From positions 11,986 through 75,985 of the forward strand of contig CAZECE010000071.1 of assembly GCA_964510525.1 (NCBI GenBank): a stretch of DNA of 64,000 bases. Reading direction: 5' to 3'. The translations under genes were made by a program, and so were the position numbers. This stretch comes from an uncultured Pseudomonadales bacterium (lineage in GTDB: Bacteria; Pseudomonadota; Gammaproteobacteria; Pseudomonadales; JANQJO01). Positions within the stretch are counted from its first letter, which is position 1, and the number at the start of each line of letters is the position of its first letter. This document shows positions 45,423 through 54,726 of the stretch, in pieces. The notes below the pieces were generated by a model. The model had not been told where the DNA came from, ran no database searches, and saw nothing but the letters and a program-made list of their open reading frames with translations.

Positions 45423-46841
45423 TTAATTTCGCCCATATTCATCAACAAAACGCACAATATCATCTTCACCCAAGTAGGCGCCGGTTTGCACTTCAATAAT
45501 CTCAAGAGGGATTAATCCAGGGTTCGCCAAGCGGTGCTTTACACCCAGCGGAATATACGTCGATTGATCTTCCGTCAACATGACCACTTCATCATCTCGC
45601 GTAATCTCAGCAGTACCCTTTACCACCACCCAGTGCTCAGCGCGGTGATAGTGCATCTGCAAAGACAGTTGCGCTCCAGGCTTCACCTGAATGCGCTTTA
45701 CTTGAAATCGTTCACATGCACAAATCGACTCATACCAACCCCAAGGTCGATAAACGCGTTGATGATGATGGGTTTCATAACGCTCATCAGAATCCAGCAA
45801 GCCAACAATTTGCTTAACCTGCTGGGAGGCTTTCATATCAGCAACCAACACCGCATCCGCTGTTTCCACCACCACAGTATCTTTCAAGCCAATGGTAGCG
45901 ACCAAGCGCGAATCCGCTCGAACCAAACAGTTTTCACTCTCTATCGTTCGCACGTCACCCAAGATAGAGTTGCCATCAGCGTCCTTAGGCAACTCTGCCG
46001 CAACCGAATGCCAACTGCCCACATCACTCCAATGCCCTGAAAGCCCAACAACCGCCGCTTTTTCAGTGGATTCCATCACTGCATAATCAATCGACTCGCT
46101 GCGTACTTCAGAAAAAGCATCCGCATCAACGCGTATAAAGTCTCGATCTTGCTCACACCGAGCAAACGCTTGCTCAGTGCCAACGGCGATGTCTTCCGCA
46201 TAGCGGTTTAATTCAGACAAATAAACAGCCGGGCTTAGTAAAAACATCCCACTGTTCCAGTAATACCCTCCCTTAGATACATACCCTTCCGCGGTTTTTA
46301 GATCGGGTTTTTCGACAAATTGTTGTACTTCCCAGGCTTGAGGCTGATTCTTTATCGCGGTTCCGGCTTGGATATAACCAAAGCCAGTTTCAGGTCGCAT
46401 CGGTTCAATACCAAAGGTGACTATGCAACCATCCTGCGATAACTGAAGACCGGTTTGAACCGCCTGCGCAAACACCTTAGTATCCTGCAAGGTTTGATCC
46501 GACGGCAACACCAACAACGAGGTATCGCTTCTGCCATTTTTCTCGGCCCAAAGTGCAGCCAAGGCAATCGCTGCGGCCGTATTCCGCCCGCAGGGTTCTA
46601 ACAAAATATGCGCTTTGCATTCAAGTTGATTCAACTGCTCAGCGACTATAAAACGATTATTTTCACCACAAATGACCAACAGTTCTCCCACCCCAGGTAA
46701 AGCCTGAGCGCGTTGAACCGTTTGCTGGAATAAGCTCAACTCATCATCCAATAAGCTGATGAATTGCTTTGGGTAGCCTTTTCGAGACAATGGCCACAGA
46801 CGTGTCCCACTACCTCCTGCCAAAATAACCGGTGTTAACAT
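45423..46841 (-). CDS. manC: Mannose-1-phosphate guanylyltransferase / mannose-6-phosphate isomerase (bifunctional type II)
   Basis: MLTPVILAGGSGTRLWPLSR N-terminus (ATG 46841; the track start at 46913 is TTG). C-terminal cupin domain HYHRAEHWVVVKGTA. Confidence 0.9.
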   Translation of the reverse strand: MLTPVILAGGSGTRLWPLSRKGYPKQFISLLDDELSLFQQTVQRAQALPGVGELLVICGENNRFIVAEQLNQLECKAHILLEPCGRNTAAAIALAALWAEKNGRSDTSLLVLPSDQTLQDTKVFAQAVQTGLQLSQDGCIVTFGIEPMRPETGFGYIQAGTAIKNQPQAWEVQQFVEKPDLKTAEGYVSKGGYYWNSGMFLLSPAVYLSELNRYAEDIAVGTEQAFARCEQDRDFIRVDADAFSEVRSESIDYAVMESTEKAAVVGLSGHWSDVGSWHSVAAELPKDADGNSILGDVRTIESENCLVRADSRLVATIGLKDTVVVETADAVLVADMKASQQVKQIVGLLDSDERYETHHHQRVYRPWGWYESICACERFQVKRIQVKPGAQLSLQMHYHRAEHWVVVKGTAEITRDDEVVMLTEDQSTYIPLGVKHRLANPGLIPLEIIEVQTGAYLGEDDIVRFVDEYGRN

Positions 46842-46936
46842 CTTAAATACCATCCTGCTGGTCGACATAATCAAGGTGCGGACTTTAACATGAATATTTG
46901 CAGGCCGGAACAAAGCCAGATCACAGAGGATAGTAA

Positions 46937-46958
46937 GCGGATTTTGGGCGGATTTTGG
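46937..46958. repeat. Perfect tandem 11-bp repeat GCGGATTTTGG x2
   Basis: 46937-46947 and 46948-46958 are identical. The repeat lies in the manC leader/promoter region, downstream of the orphan ORF. Confidence 0.7.
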
Positions 46959-46981
46959 TATGCTAGTTTGTGTTACGTTTT

Positions 46982-47662
46982 TTATTCTTCATCACTTAAT
47001 TTTTTCAGTCTAAAGGATTCTTCATCCAAAAATAGCTGAATTTCTGCTTGAGAATAAAACAAGTCTGACCTCCCTTCAGGGGTGAAATTAGGCACTTCGT
47101 AGACTTCATTATGGGATAGAAACAGCACCGTTTTAGTGTCTTTCAGTAATTTTTGAGCCATATCAGAAGGATAAGGGTTTGATTCAAGACCTTGATAAGG
47201 CCTTTTAAAATTGAAAATATCGTTCAATCTGGCGCGTTCAATTACTTTAAAAATATATCGGCGCACTTGTACTTGATCGAAGGCTTCACCATGGCCACAT
47301 TTGCTTTCTAGTTGACAGGTGAATTCTGAAACAACCTTACGCCTGATTTGATCGTCAGACCCCAACGCTTGGTATGTTTTAAGGGACTCGATTCGGCCAA
47401 AATCAACACTTTCTGGCAAATCAGAGCTTGAATCAGGCATGCGAGAAATCGACTTACTATTGGGTACAACTTTCCTAGTGTTAGACACTTTCCCTGAATC
47501 AGCAGGGCCACCAGGGATGATTTCTTTAAGGCAAGAGCTCCAAAAAAAATCCGGCAATAACACATCTTCATGAGTACTACTTGTTTCTTTATGAGTACTA
47601 CTTGTTTTATTTCGAAGAACATTTCCTTGATGAGGATCACCGGACACATTCATACTGCACAC
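46982..47662 (-). CDS. Hypothetical protein, no family recognised
   Basis: 226-aa ORF in a visibly AT-richer stretch. Ser/Thr/Pro-rich N-terminal half with duplicated TSSTHKE/TSSTHED. The C-terminal half looks globular (YIFKVIERARLNDIFNFKRPYQGLE...VLFLSHNEVYEVPNF). No motif I can name. Confidence 0.5.
   Translation of the reverse strand: MCSMNVSGDPHQGNVLRNKTSSTHKETSSTHEDVLLPDFFWSSCLKEIIPGGPADSGKVSNTRKVVPNSKSISRMPDSSSDLPESVDFGRIESLKTYQALGSDDQIRRKVVSEFTCQLESKCGHGEAFDQVQVRRYIFKVIERARLNDIFNFKRPYQGLESNPYPSDMAQKLLKDTKTVLFLSHNEVYEVPNFTPEGRSDLFYSQAEIQLFLDEESFRLKKLSDEE
47570..47611. repeat. In-frame 21-bp tandem duplication inside the orphan ORF
   Basis: ATGAGTACTACTTGTTTCTTT is followed by ATGAGTACTACTTGTTTTATT. 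The first 17 nt are identical. On the minus strand they encode TSSTHKE-TSSTHED. Confidence 0.8.
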
Positions 47663-47826
47663 CTTACAACCACACCTATCAAAACTGGTGCAAAATTACG
47701 CATTTCCCTTGTTTTTTTCAAGTGTTTTATTTGATCCCTTGGATATAATGCTGCCTGAATAACTGCAGCAATATAGATAAACTCAACAACCCCATCGACA
47801 GCTCATTACTAAATACTTTATCAGCC

Positions 47827-49725
47827 ATGCCATTAATTCATTTTGACCAAGTATCCCTTACATACGGCGATCGTACTCTGTTAAAAAAAGCCGAGTTTAC
47901 CTTAGAGCCAGGCGAGCGAGTCTGCTTAATCGGGCGCAATGGCGCCGGCAAATCGAGTTTACAAAAACTGGTAATGGGTGAAATCAATCCAGACGATGGC
48001 GAAATCCGCTACAAACAGCTGTTAAAAATAAGTCGTCTTGAGCAAGCCCTACCTGAAGCCCTGGATCTTAATGTGAATGACATCATTCACGAAGGGCTTA
48101 ATGAGCTGAAAACCACCATTGATACCTATAATACCGTCTCATCAGCTCCCGAGACACCCGATACTCCAAAGCAATTACAAGAACTGCAAGCTAAGATTGA
48201 ATCTCTGGGGGGCTGGGAAATTCAACGCCAAGTCGATACACTGGTCTCACAGCTAGAACTGCCGCAACAAAAAAAACTGAGCGAGCTCTCGGGTGGCTGG
48301 CGAAGGCGCGTGATGCTGGGCAAAGCCTTGGTGAATCAGCCTGACGTTTTGCTGTTAGACGAACCCACGAACCATCTGGACATTCAAACCATCGAATGGC
48401 TTGAAAACCACCTCAAACAGTGCAATGCCTGCATTCTGTTCATCACCCATGATCGTATGTTTTTACAACGACTAGCGACTCGAATTTTAGAGCTGGATCG
48501 CGGCCAACTGACCAGCTGGCCAGGCAGTTTCAGCAACTATTTAAGGCGAAAACAAGAAACCGAAGAAGCCCAAGCGCATCAAGATGCCTTGTTCGATAAG
48601 AAACTTGCACAAGAAGAAGAATGGATTCGCCAAGGCATTAAAGCACGTCGAACTCGTAACGAAGGTCGCGTACGCAGCCTTCACGCCATGCGCGAAGAAG
48701 CCGCGCAACGCCAACCAAAATCGCACACGGCCCGCATCCCCCAACAACAAGCCGAACCGTCTGGGCGCATTGTCATTAATGCTAAGAATGTTTCCATGTC
48801 CTTAGGCGGCCAGTCACTGATTAGCGATTTTTCTTTAAAAATTCAACGCGGTGATCGCATCGGCATCATTGGCAACAACGGGGTCGGCAAAAGCACCCTG
48901 CTTCGTCTCTTGTTGGGCGAGCTGGAACCTGAAAAAGGCAGCGTCAAGCAAGGCTCGAATTTACAGATTCGTTATTTCGATCAGCTGCACCAAAAACTGA
49001 TTCCAGAAAAATCCATTGTTGATAACATCAGCGATGGAAAAGATTACATCAAGATTCACGGCAAAGACCGTCATGTTATTGGCTATCTCAGGGACTTTTT
49101 ATTCTCCCATGAACGAGCGCAAACACCAGTCAAGGCTCTGTCAGGTGGGGAGCAAAACCGCGTCTTATTAGCCAAGCTCTTCAGCAAACCGGCCAATCTA
49201 CTCGTACTGGATGAGCCCACCAATGATCTTGATGTCGAGATGCTCGAAGCCTTAGAAAACCACTTAAAAGCCTACAATGGCACATTACTGATCGTCAGTC
49301 ATGATCGTAAATTTTTAGATAACGTCGTCAGCAGTATTTTAGTGTTTGAATCCGATGGTCAAATTGGTCATTACCACGGGGGTTACAGCGACTGGCTCAA
49401 GCACAATAAAGCCTTAGCGGTTGCAGAAAAAGAGCAAGCCCCTAGCAAGCAAAAGCCCAAAACAGAAAGTGAACCAACCGCGAGCAATGGTAAAAAAACC
49501 AAATTAAGCTACAAACACCAACGCGAACTGGATGGCTTACCCTCTAAAATCGAAGCGTTAGAAACCACCATCGCAGAACTGGAAAACACCATCAGCGACC
49601 CCAACTTTTACGACCAAGACCACGGCCTTGTCGAGGCGACCTTAGATCAACTGGCAGAACATCAATCCGAATTAGAATATCTAATGGATCGCTGGCTAGA
49701 ATTAGAAGAAGGCGGTCAAGCGTAA
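47827..49725 (+). CDS. uup: ABC-F family ATPase (Uup-like)
   Basis: Two ABC cassettes without TM domains (GRNGAGKSS / LSGGWRRRV; GNNGVGKST / LSGGEQNRV) and a C-terminal coiled coil. Confidence 0.85.
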   Translation: MPLIHFDQVSLTYGDRTLLKKAEFTLEPGERVCLIGRNGAGKSSLQKLVMGEINPDDGEIRYKQLLKISRLEQALPEALDLNVNDIIHEGLNELKTTIDTYNTVSSAPETPDTPKQLQELQAKIESLGGWEIQRQVDTLVSQLELPQQKKLSELSGGWRRRVMLGKALVNQPDVLLLDEPTNHLDIQTIEWLENHLKQCNACILFITHDRMFLQRLATRILELDRGQLTSWPGSFSNYLRRKQETEEAQAHQDALFDKKLAQEEEWIRQGIKARRTRNEGRVRSLHAMREEAAQRQPKSHTARIPQQQAEPSGRIVINAKNVSMSLGGQSLISDFSLKIQRGDRIGIIGNNGVGKSTLLRLLLGELEPEKGSVKQGSNLQIRYFDQLHQKLIPEKSIVDNISDGKDYIKIHGKDRHVIGYLRDFLFSHERAQTPVKALSGGEQNRVLLAKLFSKPANLLVLDEPTNDLDVEMLEALENHLKAYNGTLLIVSHDRKFLDNVVSSILVFESDGQIGHYHGGYSDWLKHNKALAVAEKEQAPSKQKPKTESEPTASNGKKTKLSYKHQRELDGLPSKIEALETTIAELENTISDPNFYDQDHGLVEATLDQLAEHQSELEYLMDRWLELEEGGQA

Positions 49726-50010
49726 TCGCGGTACACACTTCGATGACAACCCTTCACAACTGTACCTGTCATTACACACATTTTCCCCCTACCAACATTA
49801 CCAAACAACTAAAATGCAATTTACATGCAATTTTTTCAGATTTATTAGATTAATTTTAGATACAAACCATCACTCAATATGCCAATAAATTCATCGACAG
49901 TTACGAACAAATTCGTTAAAAATAACGTTACCTAAGCAGCAGTGAAAAAACTTAGTCCAGAAAATAACTTAGTCAACAAGTTAAGAACTGACACAGGAGA
50001 TCTGCATATC

Positions 50011-50232
50011 ATGAAAAGAGTCAAACGAGATAAATCACATCGAGCGTTTCAAAGAGGGTATCAAGTGGGCTTATCCGGGCGATCCAGAGAGTTATGCCCT
50101 TTTGAAGAATTCAAATCTCGGCAACATTGGCTTGAAGGCTGGCAGAATGGTCGTGCGGATCACTGGAGCGGTTTCTCAGGTATCGCCGGGTTGCACAAAG
50201 TGAATCAGCTTAGCTATCAGCAACCTTGTTAA
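50011..50232 (+). CDS. rmf: Ribosome modulation factor
   Basis: MKRVKRDKSHRAFQRGYQVGLSGRSRELCPFEEFKSRQHWLEGWQNGR matches E. coli RMF (MKRQKRDRLERAHQRGYQAGIAGRSKEMCPY...WLGGWREA). AGGAG lies 8 nt before ATG 50011. The track GTG 49942 extension is rejected. Confidence 0.9.
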   Translation: MKRVKRDKSHRAFQRGYQVGLSGRSRELCPFEEFKSRQHWLEGWQNGRADHWSGFSGIAGLHKVNQLSYQQPC

Positions 50233-50242
50233 CATCACACAT

Positions 50243-50282
50243 CCCCCTCTTTTGAGGGCATTAAAGAAGGCCAACCGCCTTC
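50243..50282 (+). terminator. Two short hairpins after rmf (convergent with pyrD)
   Basis: CCCTC-tttt-GAGGG at 50245-50258 and GAAGGC-caacc-GCCTTC at 50266-50282, followed by CTATCTTT. Confidence 0.45.
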
Positions 50283-50321
50283 CTATCTTTAAGGGGCGCA
50301 GGGTTAGAGTATTAACCACTT

Positions 50322-51365
50322 TTATTTCTGACTCTGCGTTATTTTTCTATTTTGATGTAACAAATGGACAATATCTCTCAACAAACTTGGGCCTCGGTAG
50401 ATCAAACCACTGTACACTTGAACCAAATCAGCGCCTAGATTCAACTTTTCAATGGCATCATCAGCACAGGTAATGCCTCCCACGCCAATAATAGGTAGCT
50501 TGCCTTGGGTACGTTTGAAAATTTGGCTTAATACTTGGTTCGACTTTCTCTTTAATGGTTTGCCACTGAGGCCCCCCATTTCTTGACCAAATGGCTGATC
50601 CTCTACGGCCGAATGATCAATTGTTGTATTGGTTGCGATCACACCATCGGTCTGTTGAGACACGAGTGTATCAGCAATCACATCAACTTCTTCACCGGAC
50701 AAATCAGGCGCTATTTTTACCAACAGGGGTTTACGCTTACCCAGGCGCTCATTTAAAACCTGCTGTTTATTCTTCAACTGTTTAAGCAACTCAACCAAAT
50801 ACTCTTGCGTCTGCAGTGCACGCAACCCGGGGGTATTAGGAGAAGAAAGATTCACCGTAATATAATCACAGTGCGCGTAAGCCGCTTCTAAACAAATCAA
50901 ATAATCTTCTACCGCCAAATCAAGAGGCGTGTCTTTATTTTTACCAATGTTGACCCCAACAAGCCCCGGCACCTGCCGCTGGTTAAGACGCTCAACCAAG
51001 TAATCTATTCCCTTATTGTTAAACCCCATCCGATTAATAATGGCCTCGCTCGCTGACAACCTAAAGAGCCGAGGTTTGGGGTTGCCGGGCTGCGGCTTTG
51101 GCGTCACGGTACCAACTTCTACAAAACCAAAGCCCAAGGTTAACAAACCATCTAAGTAATCCGCATTTTTATCCAAGCCAGCCGCCACCCCCACAGGGTT
51201 CTTAAACGTCAACCCAAACACAGTTTTCGAAACAGCAGGCAATTCAGAGCCATTAAAAAAACCACACTTTTGAGCCATAGGTAGGCTCTTAAAGCTCACA
51301 TCGTGAGCAAACTCTGGGGATAAACGAAATAGCAAAGGCCGAATGGCCTGATAGAAATCTGACAT
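50322..51365 (-). CDS. pyrD: Dihydroorotate dehydrogenase (quinone), class 2
   Basis: GFGFVEVGTVTPKPQPGNPKPRLFRL, MGFNNKG, GVGGI. ATG 51365 (MSDFYQAIRPLLF); the track start at 51371 is TTG. Confidence 0.95.
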   Translation of the reverse strand: MSDFYQAIRPLLFRLSPEFAHDVSFKSLPMAQKCGFFNGSELPAVSKTVFGLTFKNPVGVAAGLDKNADYLDGLLTLGFGFVEVGTVTPKPQPGNPKPRLFRLSASEAIINRMGFNNKGIDYLVERLNQRQVPGLVGVNIGKNKDTPLDLAVEDYLICLEAAYAHCDYITVNLSSPNTPGLRALQTQEYLVELLKQLKNKQQVLNERLGKRKPLLVKIAPDLSGEEVDVIADTLVSQQTDGVIATNTTIDHSAVEDQPFGQEMGGLSGKPLKRKSNQVLSQIFKRTQGKLPIIGVGGITCADDAIEKLNLGADLVQVYSGLIYRGPSLLRDIVHLLHQNRKITQSQK

Positions 51366-51640
51366 CAGCAAAAGGACACACGTTTGTTTAAATGACTGAA
51401 AATCTTACTGAAATACAGTGAAAATTCCTATTCTTAAAAGTCGTCTTTAGACTTTTAGGTCCCAATCTCTCCGGAAAAAACTAATCACAAACACAAAAAA
51501 ATTTCGCGTTAACATATTTACAATAAAAACAATAACTTAGCATGTTAATTAAAAATTTGAAGACCAGAACACACTTTTTCTAATGATTTCAGACTAACAA
51601 ATGACTGTATATCACACTATATCAACTAAAATTAAGTATT

Positions 51641-52216
51641 ATGAACAGAATTTTTAAACATAAATCTTCTTCACGCGGTTTTACGTTGATCGAGCTGATG
51701 ATCACGCTCTCGATTGCAGCCATTTTATTCTCGATGGCCGCCCCTGCTTATCGAGACTTTACAATGAATAATTTGCTCGCCAGTCGCATGAACCATTTCA
51801 ACAGCGTTTTACAGTATGCGAGAAGCCAAGCCATAAAGGATAAATTGCCCATCACACTGTGCGCAAGTGCCGACGAATTGGCGACCTGCAATGGCACTGA
51901 CTGGCAATCAGGCTGGGTATTGTTCTCCACCGATGCTGGCGCTAGCACCACCACCGTATTAAAAGTAGGCTCGGACTTCTCTGACAGTAACGACAGCACA
52001 CTAACGGCAACGTTTGGACTGAATATTGTTTTTGATACAGAAGGAACTCTAACAGGCGGCACTGGGCGCGGCAGTTTTGTGATGTGCGATAACAGAGGTG
52101 CAAGTTATGCTAAAGCCATCATTTTAAACAGCGTCGGCCGAACCCAAAAAGCCTACGATTCAAATGAAGACGGTACCGTTGAAGATCACGATGGCAACGC
52201 CGTAACCTGTACTTAA
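51641..52216 (+). CDS. fimT: Type IV minor pilin, GspH/FimT/FimU family
   Basis: Prepilin signal RGFTLIELMITLSIAAILF, a GspH-like body and a C-terminal Cys pair. Confidence 0.75.
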   Translation: MNRIFKHKSSSRGFTLIELMITLSIAAILFSMAAPAYRDFTMNNLLASRMNHFNSVLQYARSQAIKDKLPITLCASADELATCNGTDWQSGWVLFSTDAGASTTTVLKVGSDFSDSNDSTLTATFGLNIVFDTEGTLTGGTGRGSFVMCDNRGASYAKAIILNSVGRTQKAYDSNEDGTVEDHDGNAVTCT

Positions 52217-52242
52217 CATTGAAAACTCGCAGGAACCAACCC

Positions 52243-52800
52243 ATGAGTAACACCACCAACAAAGCTCGTAAGTCTCATCCCATGACACCTCATCTCATAA
52301 AGTCTCAGGGCTTTACCTTAGTCGAGCTCCTAGTCACCGTTGTGGTGTTAGCCATTGGCTTATTAGGCATGGCGGGATTGCAAACCACTGGGTTAAGCGC
52401 CAACCAAAGCGCTTACCACCGATCGCAAGCAACGGTCGCGATTTCCGACATAATAGATAGAATGCGCTCAAATACAACCGGCGTCACCAATAACGATTAT
52501 GTTGAAGATGGCTCAACACTCACTGTTAACACCTCCACATCGACCACAGGTCAAGACTGTATTGACAATACGGCAGGCTGTACACCGGCTGAATTAGCCA
52601 GTCATGACATCGCCCAATGGGCCCGCTATTTTTCAACCTCTGGCGGCAATACCCCCATATTACCTAATGCATCAGGCGCCATTGCTCGAACCGGGAGCAA
52701 CTACATCGCTACCATCACTTGGGAAGAAATCACTTGGAACGAAGAAGGCACTCTAAAAGAAGCTCAAAACAAGCAGATGGTCGTCAACTTCTTTTTATAA
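52243..52800 (+). CDS. pilV: Type IV pilus minor pilin PilV
   Basis: QGFTLVELLVTVVVLAIGLLGMAGLQ is typical of PilV. ATG 52243 has AGGAA upstream; the track start at 52219 is TTG. ATG 52282 would give a shorter leader peptide. Confidence 0.75.
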   Translation: MSNTTNKARKSHPMTPHLIKSQGFTLVELLVTVVVLAIGLLGMAGLQTTGLSANQSAYHRSQATVAISDIIDRMRSNTTGVTNNDYVEDGSTLTVNTSTSTTGQDCIDNTAGCTPAELASHDIAQWARYFSTSGGNTPILPNASGAIARTGSNYIATITWEEITWNEEGTLKEAQNKQMVVNFFL

Positions 52801-52806
52801 ACGTTT

Positions 52807-53043
52807 TTATAAACGCTTAATTGAACATAATTTATTAGGTACCACAGAAACATCAAACGCAATTTCAAAAGACCCCGATACACCTTCATGTGAAATAAAA
52901 GGCCTTAAACTATCCACCGGGAAAGACACTCGCTGCCCACATCGAGACACAGCCGAAACTGAACGCGCTTGCCCACGATACCACTTGAGGTATTCTTCCG
53001 AAGAAATACTCAAATCGATAATCACCGTTGAAACAGACACCAT
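52807..53043 (-). CDS. DUF2835-family small protein
   Basis: 78 aa. The LSISSEEYLKWYRGQARSVSAVSRCGQRVSFPVDSLRPFISHEGVSGSFEI pattern matches my memory of DUF2835. GGAGGA SD. Confidence 0.6.
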   Translation of the reverse strand: MVSVSTVIIDLSISSEEYLKWYRGQARSVSAVSRCGQRVSFPVDSLRPFISHEGVSGSFEIAFDVSVVPNKLCSIKRL

Positions 53044-53097
53044 TCCTCCTCAAATTAGCCGATAAAAACCAGCCTAACTCTCTGGCGATATCATTAT

Positions 53098-53763
53098 CTA
53101 GCTTGGAATCCCGCTGTGAAACCGAAACTCCGTGTCTGGTGACGTAATTAATTCCGCCTCAACGTCCGCAAAAAAAACCAAGCGATCATCAGTCGGCTGA
53201 TCAGAATACATTCTCGCAAGTTGCAAATAATCCTCAAAATGCCGGGATTCTGAAGCCAGCAAGAACTTGTAATACTTTGCCAAGCGCGGCTCTTCAATGA
53301 CATCTATTAACGCCGCAAAACGCTCACACGAGCGCGCTTCGATATACGCACCCACAAGCAAACTGTCTACCAACCGTCCTGGCTCTGATGTGCGAATGCC
53401 TTTCCGCAACCCCATGGCATAACGAGAAGGCGACAAATGAGTATAAACAAAATTGTAAAAACTGATGTGTGACAACACTTGATCAAAGTGCAGTAATTCC
53501 TCTCGAGCCAACTGAGACAACTTACTCAAAAGTTCAGGCCGATCCACATAACGAAACATCAGATTGAGCGCACTGGCAGCGGCTTTTTTCTCACAATGCG
53601 CGTGGTCGATCAGCAAAATTTCTTTTTGATCCTTAGCCACTGCCAACCACTCAGTTGGGGTTCTAACCGTTAAAAACGCCAAAACCGGAGCTAACAAGTC
53701 TTCATGTTTTTCAGTTGAAACAGCCGACTCACTAACCGCTTGATCTAATACCTCAACACTCAT
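53098..53763 (-). CDS. miaE: tRNA-(ms2io6A)-hydroxylase MiaE (diiron)
   Basis: [26 protein letters not shown] and [10 protein letters not shown] ferritin-like diiron ligand motifs. ATGA overlap with the accD stop. Confidence 0.8.
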   Translation of the reverse strand: MSVEVLDQAVSESAVSTEKHEDLLAPVLAFLTVRTPTEWLAVAKDQKEILLIDHAHCEKKAAASALNLMFRYVDRPELLSKLSQLAREELLHFDQVLSHISFYNFVYTHLSPSRYAMGLRKGIRTSEPGRLVDSLLVGAYIEARSCERFAALIDVIEEPRLAKYYKFLLASESRHFEDYLQLARMYSDQPTDDRLVFFADVEAELITSPDTEFRFHSGIPS

Positions 53764-54674
53764 GATTCCAAAGGTTCTTCTTCTGGTTCGGCGGTCACGG
53801 CTGGCGGCTTATCCATAAGCAAGTTAATCATATCCGCCAAGGTATCCCGCAAAACAGAGCGATGAACAATGGCATCCAAGCAACCATGCTCCAACAAAAA
53901 TTCAGACCGTTGAAACCCTTCCGGCAACTCTTGGCGCACCGTCTGTTTGATCACTCGAGGACCGGTAAAGCCAATCAACGCCTTAGGTTCGGCTAAATTA
54001 ACGTCCCCCAGCATGGCCAAGCTAGCCGAAACACCGCCGTAAACAGGGTCTGTCATAAACGAAATATAGGGCAACTTTTTTTGTTTTAATGTTTCCAATG
54101 CCGCACTGGTTTTCGCCATTTGCAGTAATGAGAAAATAGACTCTTGCATACGAGCGCCACCGCTCGCCGAAAAACACACAAAAGGCAGTTCTTGCTCAAC
54201 AGCACGATTGACACCTTGAACAAAACGCTCCCCCACAGCGGCCCCCATCGAGCCTCCCATAAACTGGAACTCAAATGCAGCCACCACCATTTCCACGGCT
54301 TTTACAGAGCCTTGAGCAATCAAAATGGCTTCTTTAGCATTCGTTGTTTTTTGTGCGCCACTGAGCCGATCTTTGTATTTTTTACTGTCTTTAAACTTCA
54401 AACGATCCACCGCCTCTACATCATTGGCAACCAACTGATAAGAAAGCGCTTCATCCTCCGTTTTATCAAACAACATATTAAATCGTTCTGTTGCGGACAG
54501 CCGCATGTGATGATCGCATTTTGGACAAACCTCCAAGGTTCGTTCCAACTCCGGGCGATATAAAATAGCCTCACAATTCGGACATTTTTTCCATAACCCT
54601 TCGGGGATTTGGCTGTTTTTTTTATTTGACTCCACCCGAATTTTCGGGAGAATTTTTTCTATCCAAGTGGCCAT
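53760..54674 (-). CDS. accD: Acetyl-CoA carboxylase carboxyltransferase beta subunit
   Basis: Zn ribbon CPNCEA...CPKCDHH and the carboxyltransferase domain FMGGSMG. Confidence 0.95.
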   Translation of the reverse strand: MATWIEKILPKIRVESNKKNSQIPEGLWKKCPNCEAILYRPELERTLEVCPKCDHHMRLSATERFNMLFDKTEDEALSYQLVANDVEAVDRLKFKDSKKYKDRLSGAQKTTNAKEAILIAQGSVKAVEMVVAAFEFQFMGGSMGAAVGERFVQGVNRAVEQELPFVCFSASGGARMQESIFSLLQMAKTSAALETLKQKKLPYISFMTDPVYGGVSASLAMLGDVNLAEPKALIGFTGPRVIKQTVRQELPEGFQRSEFLLEHGCLDAIVHRSVLRDTLADMINLLMDKPPAVTAEPEEEPLES

Positions 54675-54726
54675 GGAAAATCCCTGTTTCTGTCAGAATA
54701 TTTGCACTAATACTAAGGACGACTAC

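Noticed and set aside
46937-46958. Considered whether the GCGGATTTTGG repeat is a JUMPstart/ops (GGCGGTAG) element for the sugar genes.
   Set aside because: The sequence does not match ops, and it is in the wrong orientation for the minus-strand manC-rfbCD genes.
49942-50010. GTG-initiated 23-codon N-terminal extension of the rmf ORF.
   Set aside because: RMF homology starts exactly at MKRVKRD (ATG 50011), which has an AGGAG SD. The extension has no counterpart in RMF.
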